A stretch of DNA of 64,000 bases. It comes from Planctomycetota bacterium (GTDB taxonomy: Bacteria > Planctomycetota > UBA11346). Below the pieces are notes generated by a model, which saw nothing but the letters and a program-made list of their open reading frames with translations, did no database searches and was not told the DNA's origin. The translations under genes were made by a program, and so were the position numbers. How positions within the stretch are numbered: the stretch's first letter is position 1; every line of letters starts with the position of its first letter. Shown here one piece after another: positions 18,878 to 28,549 of the stretch. The stretch covers positions 1-64,000 of the forward strand of contig JBBRLJ010000024.1 of assembly GCA_038231435.1 (NCBI GenBank). Reading direction: 5' to 3'.

Positions 18878-20511
18878 TCGCTTCCGGGGCGCAGGCGCCG
18901 CCGGCGCGCGCGCGCAATCCTTGGCTGGTGACGATCGCCGTGACGCTCGCCACCTTCATGGAGGTGCTCGACATCTCGGTCGCCAACGTCGCGCTGCCGC
19001 ACATCGCCGGCAACCTCTCGGCGAGCGTCGAGGACGCGACCTGGATCCTCACCTCGTACCTGGTCTCGAACGCCATCGTGCTGCCGCTGAGCGGCTGGGC
19101 GTCGAGCGTGCTCGGCCGCAAGCGCTTCTACCTCGGCTGCGTGGTGGTGTTCAGCGTCAGCTCGCTGTTGTGCGGCCTGGCGCCCAGCCTCGAGACGCTG
19201 ATCGTCTTCCGCATCCTGCAGGGGCTCGGCGGAGGCGGCCTGCAGCCGACGGCGCAGGCGGTGCTGATCGACGCCTTCCCGCCCGAGCGGCGCGGCCTGG
19301 GCATGGCCGCGTACGGCATCACGGTCATCGTCGCGCCGATCATCGGTCCGTTCCTGGGCGGCTGGATCACCGACCACTTCAGCTGGCGCTGGATATTCCT
19401 GATCAATGTGCCGGTCGGGGTGCTGGCGTTCTCGCTGGCCTCGGCGCTGGTGAGCGATCCACCCTGGATGAAGCGCAAGCCGCTGCGCGAGAACCACGTC
19501 GACGCCATCGGCCTGACCCTGCTGGTGATCGGGATCGGCGCGCTGCAGCTGATGCTCGATACCGGCCAGCGGAACGACTGGTTCTCGTCCACGCGTATCA
19601 TCGCCTGCGCCGTCATCGCCGGGCTGTGCCTGCCGGGGCTCGTCGCCTGGTGCCTGCGGCGGAAGGATCCGATCGTCGACTTCCGCCTGCTCGGCTATGG
19701 CGGATTCGCTTCGGCCACCGTGGCCATGTTCACGCTCGGCTTCGTGCTTTTCGGCAGCACGTTGCTGATGCCGCTGTTCCTGCAGACCATGCTCGGCTAC
19801 AGCGCCACCGATAGCGGGATGGCGATGTCCCCCGGCGGCATGGTGACGATGGTCACCATGCCGGTGGTCGGGATCCTGCTCTCGAAGGTGCGCGTCGACC
19901 CGCGGCTGCTGGTCGTGCTCGGGCTGGCGCTCGGCACGGTCAGCCTCTACCTGATGACGCGCTGGAGCCCCGAGGTCGATTTCCGCACCGCGGTGGACGC
20001 GCGCATGGTGCTCGGCGCCGGGCTCGCCTTCCTGTTCATCCCGATCAACACCGCGGCGTATTCGTTCATCCCGAAGGAGCGTTCGAATTACGCGAGCGGC
20101 CTGCTGAACCTCGCGCGCAATCTCGGCGGCAGCTGCGGCATCGCCTTCGTGACCACCCTGCTTGAGCGGCATTCGCAGACGCACCAGCAGGTGCTGGTCG
20201 CGCACCTGACGCCGTACGACCAGGCGTTCCGGGAGCAGCTCGCGGGGATGACCCGCCTGCTGCACGCCCAGGGCGCATCGCTGGTCGACGCAGGTTCGCA
20301 GGCCTATGCCGTGATGTATGGACAGCTGCTGCGCCAGGCGCGATTCCTCGCCTTTGTGGATACCTTCTGGACGCTGACGCTGATCTTCGGCGCGGTCATT
20401 CCGCTGGTCTACTTCATGAAGGCCAGGGCCGCCACGACGCCGGCGCCGGTGCCGCCAGCGTCCCCCGTGCCTGCCACGGAGCCTCCCCCGGCTTCTGCCC
20501 CGGAGCATTGA
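18874..20511 (+). CDS. emrB: DHA2-family MFS efflux permease (EmrB-like)
   Basis: ATFMEVLDISVANVALPHI, WILTSYLVSNAI, WRWIFLINVP; ATGA overlap with emrA. Confidence 0.92.
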   Translation: MIASGAQAPPARARNPWLVTIAVTLATFMEVLDISVANVALPHIAGNLSASVEDATWILTSYLVSNAIVLPLSGWASSVLGRKRFYLGCVVVFSVSSLLCGLAPSLETLIVFRILQGLGGGGLQPTAQAVLIDAFPPERRGLGMAAYGITVIVAPIIGPFLGGWITDHFSWRWIFLINVPVGVLAFSLASALVSDPPWMKRKPLRENHVDAIGLTLLVIGIGALQLMLDTGQRNDWFSSTRIIACAVIAGLCLPGLVAWCLRRKDPIVDFRLLGYGGFASATVAMFTLGFVLFGSTLLMPLFLQTMLGYSATDSGMAMSPGGMVTMVTMPVVGILLSKVRVDPRLLVVLGLALGTVSLYLMTRWSPEVDFRTAVDARMVLGAGLAFLFIPINTAAYSFIPKERSNYASGLLNLARNLGGSCGIAFVTTLLERHSQTHQQVLVAHLTPYDQAFREQLAGMTRLLHAQGASLVDAGSQAYAVMYGQLLRQARFLAFVDTFWTLTLIFGAVIPLVYFMKARAATTPAPVPPASPVPATEPPPASAPEH

Positions 20512-20523
20512 CGGAGGTCCCTC

Positions 20524-22575
20524 TCAGGGCTCGATCACGAACCAGTGCGAGCGGTCCCGCGCCGAGAGGGTGATGGTGAACGTCCCGCCCGAGCCGGCCA
20601 GCGCGCGCACGTCGCGGGTATTCCCCTCGCCATCGAGCGTCGAGATGCGCAGCGAGGGGGCGTCGTTGGCGAAGGTCACCGAGCCCAGCACCGGTTCGCT
20701 GCGCCATGGCCGCTTCCCGCCATCGGCCTCGACGCGCGCGCAGACGCTCACCAAAAGGCGGCGCGAGCGCGCGACCGGCGTCTCATCCAGGCTCTGCAGG
20801 CAGACCACGGCACAGCGTGTGGCGATGGCGAAGGTGGCGGTTCCAACCGCGAGTTGACGCCCGCCGATGAGCCCCTGGGCCGCGACCGTGCGCGGCGCGT
20901 CGATCGTCTGCCAGGCGGCGAGCCAATCGCGGTGGATCTCGCCGGTGTCGCTGGCGAGCTCGGTCGCGCCGGTCTCGGCATGCGAGGCGTCTTCCGTGCC
21001 GGTTCCTTCGATCGGTTCCTGCAGGCCGGAAACCTCGGGCAGGTGCTCGAGGGCCACCACCACGCGATGGCGTTCGATTCCGGACCGTAGCGCGGGCAGC
21101 TCCTCGGCACCGGTCCTCGCGGCGTGGATGCGCTCGGCCGCGAGCACGATGCCCACCGTCCGCTTCGCCACGCGCAGGTCGCCGCGCCTGAACATCAGCG
21201 CCGCCGCCGGAGCCAGCGCCAGAGCGGCGGGATCGCTCGCGCTCTCGCGCGCGTCAGTCGCGTCTAGCGCGTCCAGCACGTCAGTCGCGTGAGAGGGCGT
21301 CGCATCGAATGAGGCGCGCGCATAGTCCTCGACGATGGCCGCGTCCCAGTCCTGGAGCCGCGCCATCGCCGCCACCTGTAGCATCGCGATCGCTCTGCCC
21401 TCGGCGCGCGGCGCCTGGCTCCAGGCGAGCGTGAACGGCTTGCCCACCACCCGCGCGAGCGCGGCGCGGGCCAGGAAGCCGGCTCCGTGCGCGGGATCGA
21501 TGGCCAGCGGATCGTCGTCGGCCTTGCCCCCGGTGGCGAGGAAATCGGCGTCCGCCATCGCCGGGAGATCCCACGCGGCCGCGCACCCGGTGGTGCCGGC
21601 TACCGGGATGCGGCAGCCGGCATCACGCATATCGGCGTGCATATCGGCGAAGAACGCGCTCTCGCGCGAGTTCAGGTAGAGCTTCGCCGGTCCGGGTTCG
21701 GAGGTGCGCGCGGCGGTGTCGGCGTCGAACGGCCGGTCGGCGCTGAAATGCTGCACGTCGTCGAGGAACAGCTGGCGGTGGTACGGATTACCGCGATCCG
21801 CGAGCATGAGATCGCCGTAGTGGCTGGTGAGGTCGTTGTCGTCGCTGATGACGGCGAGCGCGATGCCCGGCTCGTCGCGATAAGCGCGGCCGAGGTAGGG
21901 ATTCTCGTGGCTCCAGAACGCGCGCTGCCAGGCCTTCATCAAGTCCTGGATGCGCCGGTTGAAGTAGCAGTAGCCCTTGCCTTGGCCATCGCGGTGCCGC
22001 GACACGTCGTTCATCTCGGCGAACCCGGGGACATCGTCGCCGGCGCGGAAGGAGCGGTCATCATGCAGGTCGTACTGGACGTAGAGCCCGGCTTTGATGC
22101 ATGACGCGATGAAGTAGTCCAGCGCATCCAACGCCTCGTCATTGGTCTGCTGGGTATCCGGACTGCCGTCGAGATAGAGGTTCGGATGCACCCGGCTCGC
22201 GTCCTGGTGGCGGATGCGCACCAGGTTGAAGCCGAGCTTGGCCAAGCGCTCCGCCTGTTTCGCCATGCGCTCGCGGTCACGCCCGAAGAGCGCATCACCC
22301 GCCACTGTGGCGCCCCAGAAGCGCGCCGGCGTGCCGTCGGCGAAGACGAAATGCCCGGCGTAGGTGCCCAGGAAGCCGTGGTCTCCGGGTTTCGCCGGAT
22401 CCAGGAAGCGCAGATCGACAGGGCTCTCGCGCCGATCGATGTCGCCGCTGAACCACGTGGAGCGATCCGCCTCGACCGACGCGGAACTGCTGGCGGTGAT
22501 GGCGGGTTCGGATGCCATCGAGAACGTCGCCATGGCGAACAGTCCCACGGATCTGGACCATGCCGTCCGTGCCAT
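20524..22575 (-). CDS. Secreted GH-A clan (GH5-like) glycoside hydrolase homologue, probably catalytically degenerate
   Basis: RFWG, LAKLGFNLVRI, ENPYLGRAYRDEP, QDWDA, AAALMFRRGD, SDTGEI. Confidence 0.75.
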   Translation of the reverse strand: MARTAWSRSVGLFAMATFSMASEPAITASSSASVEADRSTWFSGDIDRRESPVDLRFLDPAKPGDHGFLGTYAGHFVFADGTPARFWGATVAGDALFGRDRERMAKQAERLAKLGFNLVRIRHQDASRVHPNLYLDGSPDTQQTNDEALDALDYFIASCIKAGLYVQYDLHDDRSFRAGDDVPGFAEMNDVSRHRDGQGKGYCYFNRRIQDLMKAWQRAFWSHENPYLGRAYRDEPGIALAVISDDNDLTSHYGDLMLADRGNPYHRQLFLDDVQHFSADRPFDADTAARTSEPGPAKLYLNSRESAFFADMHADMRDAGCRIPVAGTTGCAAAWDLPAMADADFLATGGKADDDPLAIDPAHGAGFLARAALARVVGKPFTLAWSQAPRAEGRAIAMLQVAAMARLQDWDAAIVEDYARASFDATPSHATDVLDALDATDARESASDPAALALAPAAALMFRRGDLRVAKRTVGIVLAAERIHAARTGAEELPALRSGIERHRVVVALEHLPEVSGLQEPIEGTGTEDASHAETGATELASDTGEIHRDWLAAWQTIDAPRTVAAQGLIGGRQLAVGTATFAIATRCAVVCLQSLDETPVARSRRLLVSVCARVEADGGKRPWRSEPVLGSVTFANDAPSLRISTLDGEGNTRDVRALAGSGGTFTITLSARDRSHWFVIEP

Positions 22576-22775
22576 GGAGGAAATCCATGCGGTCCAGGGA
22601 GTCGAGGCGGTCCGTGACGAGCGCAGCGCAGCGCCATGGGACGGAGTGCGGGGCATGGCAGCGGCGTTTGTAGGCGGCGGGCGCACAGGACCTACCGCGA
22701 ACTCGCGGCGGTTGCGCGGGCCGGACCGCGCTCACGATGCCGCCAACAGCCGCCCCGCGCGGCCGAGGAGCACCC

Positions 22776-22973
22776 ATGGCCAGGATCGTCACGTCCGAGC
22801 ACCAGGAACCGCTGGAGATCACCATCGGCGGCGAGAGCAAATGGATCTGCATGTGCGGTCTGTCGAAGGACAAGCCGTTCTGCGACGGCTCGCACAGCCA
22901 GTGCGCCGGCGAGGTCGCGGGCAAGCTCTACCGCTACGAGAACGGCAAGCGCATCGAAGTGCCCAAGCCCTGA
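22776..22973 (+). CDS. CDGSH iron-sulfur domain protein
   Basis: WICMCGLSKDKPFCDGSH consensus; GAGGAG SD. Confidence 0.93.
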   Translation: MARIVTSEHQEPLEITIGGESKWICMCGLSKDKPFCDGSHSQCAGEVAGKLYRYENGKRIEVPKP

Positions 22974-23083
22974 GCGCTGTCCCGGTGGGGATGCCGGGTG
23001 AGCGCGGGGATAGGCACGGGCGCGCCTCGAGCGCTGGCGCCGCGTGGTGCGCATCGTACCGTCCGCGGCTCCTGGGGACCCCG

Positions 23084-24283
23084 ATGATGCGTTCACCGTC
23101 GCTGCTTGCCGTGTCCTTGCTGGCGTTGTCGGCTCCAGAGCTGATGGCCGCCAGCTCGGTCATGGTCGCCGACGACTCGATGCGCTTGTCGGTGAGCGCC
23201 GAGCTCGCCACGCGCGCCGAGCGCGCAACCGCGCGGGATGCCGGCGGCAACGATTTCGACGCCACGCTCGATCGCCCCGGACGCAGCGACGCGCTCGACT
23301 TCAGCGTGCGGCGCGCGCGGCTGTCGGTGATCGGCTCGTTCCAGGGCGCGTACCTGTTCGGCCTGGGTTTCCGCAGCGACGCCGCCGATGTCGCCGGCTA
23401 CCAGAACGGCCGCGTCACCGATCTCTACAAGGCCTGGGCCGAGCGTTCATTCTCGAACGGCGACCACGTGCACGTCATCCATGCCGGGCTCGACTACGCC
23501 TTCTTCAACCGCGCCTACACCGCCACTCCGTACTACCTCTTCCCCCAGGCGCGAGCCACCGCGGGCATGCTCGGCGTGCGCGGCGTGGGGGTGCGCTACC
23601 AGTTCTCGGGTTCGCAGTTCGACCTCGGCTTCGACGTCATGAACAGTCTCGACCCGGCTAAGCCGGCCGCCAACGCCGGCCGCTCGGAAGGTCTGTTCTA
23701 CTCGGCGCGCCTTGAGCTGTCGGTGATCGATGCGCGCAAGCCCGCCTACCGCGAGAGCTATGCGGGCGACAGGGGCGAAGGCCTGCTGTTCGCGGCCGAG
23801 ATCGGCTTCGACAACGACGACTACGCGGTTGCGGGCATGAAGACCAACACCCTGTGTTATGGCGTCGAGTTGCTGGGGCACGCGGACGGGTTCAGTGGCC
23901 TCGCGGAACTGCGCCTGCTCGCCAGCCGCGGCACCTCGCTGACGGCGGCGCCCGACACCGACCTGCACCAGCGCGTGTTCCTGGTACAGGCTGGCTATGC
24001 CGTCGCGCTCGACCAGGGCATGGCCATCGAACCCGCGGCGCGCGTCTCGTTCATCGATTTCGACCGCGCCAACGCTGGCGAGCGGGTCGCCTACGACGGC
24101 GGACCGCACAACGCCGGGCTCGATGCCGAATGGGGCGACTCCGGCCGCCAGGTCGACCTCGGACTGAACCTCTATCTCAACCGCCACGGGAACAAACTGC
24201 AGCTCTCGTTGAGCCATTGGCAGGCGGAAGCAGGGGATGGGAAGGCGGATATTGTTCGCTTGCAGCAGCAGCTGTTTTTCTAG
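23084..24283 (+). CDS. Porin-like outer-membrane beta-barrel (OprO/P-like)
   Basis: Signal peptide, FSVRRARL, LGLNLYLNRHGNKLQL, C-terminal Phe. Confidence 0.78.
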   Translation: MMRSPSLLAVSLLALSAPELMAASSVMVADDSMRLSVSAELATRAERATARDAGGNDFDATLDRPGRSDALDFSVRRARLSVIGSFQGAYLFGLGFRSDAADVAGYQNGRVTDLYKAWAERSFSNGDHVHVIHAGLDYAFFNRAYTATPYYLFPQARATAGMLGVRGVGVRYQFSGSQFDLGFDVMNSLDPAKPAANAGRSEGLFYSARLELSVIDARKPAYRESYAGDRGEGLLFAAEIGFDNDDYAVAGMKTNTLCYGVELLGHADGFSGLAELRLLASRGTSLTAAPDTDLHQRVFLVQAGYAVALDQGMAIEPAARVSFIDFDRANAGERVAYDGGPHNAGLDAEWGDSGRQVDLGLNLYLNRHGNKLQLSLSHWQAEAGDGKADIVRLQQQLFF

Positions 24284-24295
24284 GGGCTTTATCAT

Positions 24296-24635
24296 TCAGG
24301 GGCTCCGCCCCTACGGCCTTCGGCCTACCCCTCGGGCTTTGTCGTGGCTCGTTTTCGCCGGGTGCCGGCGAAAACGTGGGCGGATCGGCTACTCCGATTA
24401 TATCCGCCCACCGCCACTCGGCGCCCGGTCGCTGCGCTCCGGTTGGATCAGGGGCTTTGCCCCTACGGCCGTCGGGCTACCCCACGGGCTTTGTCGTGGC
24501 TCGTTTTCGCCGGGTGCTGGCGAAAACGTGGGCGGATCGGCTGCGCCCATTGTATCCGCCGACCGTCACTTGGCGCCTGGTCGCTGCGCTCCGGTTGGAT
24601 CAGGGACTTCGCTCCTACGGCCTTCGGCCTACCCC
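24296..24635 (-). repeat. Tandem array (two units plus a partial third, 152-bp period) of the REP/BIME-like hairpin repeat
   Basis: Units start at 24296, 24448 and 24600; same core GGGCTTTGTCGTGGCTCGTTTTCGCCGG...CGAAAACGTGGGCGGATCGGCT as 641-784. Confidence 0.92.
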
Positions 24636-24677
24636 GCGCAACTTGCATGTCGGGGGAAAGTGAGGATTGTCCGGGAC

Positions 24678-25565
24678 ATGCATAACGGTTTGACGCGTCG
24701 CGGACTGCTCATCGGTGGGGCGGTGCTGTTCGTCACGGGATGCACGCGGCAGGCGGGGTCGGCGGCAAACAAGCATTCGCAGCAGCAGTCGGTTCCGCCG
24801 TGGGATCTAGGCGGGCGGCCATCGAGCCCGTCGGCCGCCGCGGGTGGAACGTGGTACCAGGTCACGGCGGGCGACACGTTGTCGTCGATCGCGCGGCGCA
24901 GCGGTCTCGAGGTCGATGCGATCCTACAGGCGAACGATCTGGCGACGTCGCAGCTGGTGCCGGGAACGCAGCTATGGCTGCCTGGCGTGGTCGCGCTCGG
25001 CGAGGATCCGTTGTCGCGTCCGGGCGGGCCGCAAGAAGCCGAGCCCGAAGAGCCGTATGGCGAGACTCCCGTGCGTGGCAGCTACAAACTGGTGCGCCGG
25101 TCGGAATGGACATCGGTGCAGGTGAAGGGCAACAACAACGCGATGGACGGCGTGCAGCGCATCACCGTCCATCATACCGGCGAGCACGCCGGACTCGAAG
25201 GCGTGCCCGAGGTCGAAGTGCTGCAGCGCATCGAACACTACCACCAGCACGAGCGCGGCTGGGCGGCGATCGGCTATCACTATGTGGTCGGCAAGACTGG
25301 CAAGGTCTACGAGGGCCGCCCGGCGCGCTACCAGGGCGCGCACGTCTCGGGCGCCAACGAGCACAACCTCGGCATCTCGGTGGTCGGCGACTTCAACGCG
25401 CGGCTGCCCAACTCGCTACAGCTCGCCGCGCTCGACAGCTTCCTCACCGACAGCCGCCTGCGTTTCAAGGTCGGCAAGGCGCGGATCTACGGCCATCGCG
25501 AGCTCGGCAAGAGCGAGTGCCCGGGTAACGCGCTGTTTGCCTGGGTCCGGCAATACCGCGCCTGA
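24678..25565 (+). CDS. Tat-exported lipoprotein: LysM + N-acetylmuramoyl-L-alanine amidase (Amidase_2/PGRP)
   Basis: LTRRGLL twin-arginine, FVTGC lipobox, YQVTAGDTLSSIA LysM, HHT...IGYHY...GAH...GHR...CPG. Confidence 0.9.
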   Translation: MHNGLTRRGLLIGGAVLFVTGCTRQAGSAANKHSQQQSVPPWDLGGRPSSPSAAAGGTWYQVTAGDTLSSIARRSGLEVDAILQANDLATSQLVPGTQLWLPGVVALGEDPLSRPGGPQEAEPEEPYGETPVRGSYKLVRRSEWTSVQVKGNNNAMDGVQRITVHHTGEHAGLEGVPEVEVLQRIEHYHQHERGWAAIGYHYVVGKTGKVYEGRPARYQGAHVSGANEHNLGISVVGDFNARLPNSLQLAALDSFLTDSRLRFKVGKARIYGHRELGKSECPGNALFAWVRQYRA

Positions 25566-25568
25566 ATC

Positions 25569-25598
25569 TCTGATCTTGGCTGAATCAGCCAGGATCAG
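25569..25598. terminator. Hairpin between convergent genes (possible bidirectional terminator)
   Basis: CTGATCTTGGCTG-AAT-CAGCCAGGATCAG; no long T tract. Confidence 0.5.
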
Positions 25599-25613
25599 AC
25601 TCATCAGACAACA

Positions 25614-26642
25614 TCATGGAGAGGGTGCGGCCGGCGGGGCCGGTGGAGCCGCGACCGGCGGTAGGCCGGGCGGTAGATAGAGCTCCGGCCGCGGTGGCCG
25701 GGTCAGCGCCCAGACCATCCATGCGAATCCGATCAGGAACACCGGGATGGTGTAGGCCTGTCCCTTGCTCATGAAACCGAGGATGGCGTCGTGGCCGGGC
25801 GAACCCGGCTGGCCGCGGTCGGGTTCGCGGAAGCATTCATCGGCGAAGCGTCCGATCGCGTAGCAGCACAGCACGGTTCCACAGGTCAGGCCGGGTCGGC
25901 GGTGGCGGGCGTGCAGCGGCAGCGCGATCGCCAGCAGCACGAAGCCCTCGAGGAATGCGGCGTAGAGCTGGCTCGGATGGCGCGGCACGTCGTAGACCCC
26001 GACGCGCGTCGCGCCCGGGAATACCACCGCCCACGGCACGTGGCTGGGTCGGCCCCACAGTTCGCCGTTGATGAAGTTCGCGATGCGGCCAAACGCGATG
26101 CCCATCGGCGCCGTCGCCGCGACGATGTCGGCGAGCACTCCGAAGCTCAGGCGGTTGCGGCGCGCGTACAGCCAGCAGCCGAGCACCATGCCGATGATGC
26201 CGCCGTGGCTGGCCATGCCGCCATTCCACACCTGGAAGAGATAGGGAAACTCGAAGCGCGATCTGATCTCGTGTCCGGCGAGCGGATCCTCGTGGCCGGT
26301 GAGGAAGCGATCGTCGGTGCCGTCGAAGCGGCCCATGCGCCCGAAGGGATTGTCCATCAGCAGATCGGGGGCGTAGAACAGGCAGTATCCGAGCCGCCCG
26401 CCGATGATCATGCCGAGCCCGCCGAAAAGCACGAAATCCTGGATCTGCTGCGCGCGCAGCGGGGCCCGCCCGACGCGGCTCCAACGCCAGAGCATCCAGA
26501 ATCCCCACGCGATCCCTGCAAGATAGGCGAGGCCATACCAGCGGATGCCGAAGCCCTGGCTGAATTGGATGGCGAACGGGCTGAGGTGGTGCACCCAGAA
26601 ATGCTGGTCGCCGGGTTGGACGAACACCGAGGGATCCGCCAT
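25614..26642 (-). CDS. lgt: Prolipoprotein diacylglyceryl transferase
   Basis: IRWYGLAY, GGRLGY, GGMASHGG, GRIANFINGELWGR, RHPSQLY, FREPD. Confidence 0.96.
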   Translation of the reverse strand: MADPSVFVQPGDQHFWVHHLSPFAIQFSQGFGIRWYGLAYLAGIAWGFWMLWRWSRVGRAPLRAQQIQDFVLFGGLGMIIGGRLGYCLFYAPDLLMDNPFGRMGRFDGTDDRFLTGHEDPLAGHEIRSRFEFPYLFQVWNGGMASHGGIIGMVLGCWLYARRNRLSFGVLADIVAATAPMGIAFGRIANFINGELWGRPSHVPWAVVFPGATRVGVYDVPRHPSQLYAAFLEGFVLLAIALPLHARHRRPGLTCGTVLCCYAIGRFADECFREPDRGQPGSPGHDAILGFMSKGQAYTIPVFLIGFAWMVWALTRPPRPELYLPPGLPPVAAPPAPPAAPSP

Positions 26643-26890
26643 GGTCGATGCACTCCTGCCCGGATGTTCCGCTCGATGCTGGCGGCCGTGTCCGGTCGGC
26701 GGTTATGGCCCAGCGCCAGCTGAAGGAAAGCGTTGCCCCCGGGATCCACGGTTCGACGAGGTTCGCGCATGGACAGCGGCGCGTCGCGCTTAGAGTGCCG
26801 CCCTCCCGCGCCAGTGTTCTCTCCTTGCCGCGGGTACGGCCACCGCCACCGATCGGATTCCCCATGCCCAGCCCAATTCGCGCCATTGCC

Positions 26891-27991
26891 ATGTTCACGG
26901 CTTCCCGATTAGCGCTCGCGTGCGCCTTGGTCCTCTTGGTGTGCTCGTCAGGTTCCGCGGCCACCATCGATGAATTCCCGGTGGTGGGGATCCTGCCGGA
27001 TGGAGTGACTTCGGGTCCGGATGGAGCGTTGTGGTTCGTGGAGAGCGGCCGCTACGCGCGCATGACCACCACCGGCACGCTCGTCGAATTCGCCTTCCCC
27101 GTCGGCACGCCGCGCTTGGTGAATGTCGCAACCGGAGCCGATGGCCGGCTGTGGAGCTGCGAGCGCTCGACCGGCAAGCTCGCCGCCATCACCGTTGGCG
27201 GCACCATCACCGAATACCCGGTGACCACCGTCGGAGCCGTGCCGTACGGCATCTGCAGCGTCACCGCTGGCGACCTGTGGTTTTGCGAGCAGGGGGCCGA
27301 CGCCATCGGTTCCAGCACCACCGCGGGCGTGATCACCGAGTATCCGATCGCGACCGGCGCGCAGCCGCGCTACATCTGCGTGGGTTCCGACGGCGCCCTG
27401 TGGTTCACCATGACCGGCCTGAACAAGATCGGGCAGATCACCACCGCAGGCGCCGCCACCAGCTTTCCGGCCGGCGCCCTGTCGCAGCCGATCGGCATCT
27501 GCGCCGGGCCTGATACGGCGCTATGGTTCACCGAGCCGGGGAGCAACCAGATCGGCCGCATGACCACCGCTGGAGCGCTCACCGAGTACCCGCTCCCCAC
27601 CGCCGGAGCCACGCCGTACGGCATCTGCGTCGGACCCGATGGAGCCATGTGGTTCTGCGAGAACGGCGCCAACCAGATCGGGCGTATCACCACCGCCGGT
27701 GTGATCACCGAAGTCGCGCTGCCCACCGCCAGCGCCGCGCCCACCGACGTGGTTGCGGGCCCGGATGGCAATCTGTGGATCACCGAGGAGGCGGCCGGCA
27801 AGCTCGCCCGGCTCAACCCGACCACCGTCGCGGTCACCACCACCACGGGCACGACGACCGCGACCGGCGGCACCACCGGCCCGGTGGTCTATCCCGCTAG
27901 CGGCAGCGGCCGTGGTTGCGGCCTGGGCTCGGGAGCGCTCGCCATCCTGGCCATGGTCCTGATGCTCGGCCGGTTGCGCGCGCGCCGCTGA
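26891..27991 (+). CDS. Secreted Vgb-like beta-propeller with Thr-rich linker and C-terminal membrane anchor
   Basis: Repeats of P.GI..GPDG.LWF.E...N.IGR.T..G..TEYP; C-terminal GCGLGSG-TM-RLRARR. Confidence 0.85.
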   Translation: MFTASRLALACALVLLVCSSGSAATIDEFPVVGILPDGVTSGPDGALWFVESGRYARMTTTGTLVEFAFPVGTPRLVNVATGADGRLWSCERSTGKLAAITVGGTITEYPVTTVGAVPYGICSVTAGDLWFCEQGADAIGSSTTAGVITEYPIATGAQPRYICVGSDGALWFTMTGLNKIGQITTAGAATSFPAGALSQPIGICAGPDTALWFTEPGSNQIGRMTTAGALTEYPLPTAGATPYGICVGPDGAMWFCENGANQIGRITTAGVITEVALPTASAAPTDVVAGPDGNLWITEEAAGKLARLNPTTVAVTTTTGTTTATGGTTGPVVYPASGSGRGCGLGSGALAILAMVLMLGRLRARR

Positions 27992-28070
27992 CCGGCCTGT
28001 ACGAGGGCGCATGTCATGGTTCCGCACAGCCGGTTCTGACCGTCGTCCGCTCCCGTGAGGGCCATCGCCG

Positions 28071-28529
28071 TCAGCTGGTGAGCGCCTGTCCGCTCTCGAG
28101 CTCCCACAGGCCGAGGCCGTGCAGGGTGAACATGACGTTGTCGCCGAGCCCGGCCTCGAGCGCCTTGAGCTCGTCAGAGCGCACCAGCACGAACTGCAGG
28201 TCGGCGGCATCGACGTAGATCAGGCCGGCCTCGTCGAGCCGGGTGATCAGGCCGCGCACCTGGTAGTCGCCCTGGGGCTCGAGCGGGGTCAGCATCGGCA
28301 CCATGGTGCCGCGGTGCTTCCAGATGCGCAGATCGCTGATCGCGGCCTGGCTGATCTCGACCTGCAGGTCGGCGCCGACCTTCCATCCGAAGCGCCGGCG
28401 CGAGGCCGGCACCAGCACCGCGGTGCCGTCGCCCAGCGCGCAGCCGAAACGCACCACGTAGCCCTTGGTGTCTCCACCGGGAACCGTGACCTCGTCGAGC
28501 GAGGGGATGTCCTTGATGACGATCTTCAC
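28071..28529 (-). CDS. Hypothetical protein (possibly duplicated OB-fold-like)
   Basis: GC-biased codon ORF starting GTG AAG ATC; beta-rich pattern. Confidence 0.65.
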   Translation of the reverse strand: MKIVIKDIPSLDEVTVPGGDTKGYVVRFGCALGDGTAVLVPASRRRFGWKVGADLQVEISQAAISDLRIWKHRGTMVPMLTPLEPQGDYQVRGLITRLDEAGLIYVDAADLQFVLVRSDELKALEAGLGDNVMFTLHGLGLWELESGQALTS

Positions 28530-28549
28530 TCGTGTTTTCGCCGGCTCAC
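28526..28549 (-). other. Bridging mini-ORF (7 aa, VSRRKHE)
   Basis: GTG overlaps the hydrolase TGA; its TGA overlaps the GTG of the 28071-28529 gene. Confidence 0.45.

Noticed and set aside
24296..24635. Possible CRISPR array
   Set aside because: Units are 152 bp and similar along their whole length; no unique spacers and no cas genes.
26891..27991. Streptogramin resistance gene vgb
   Set aside because: Secreted and anchored, and lacks the His-containing catalytic motifs; only the fold is shared.
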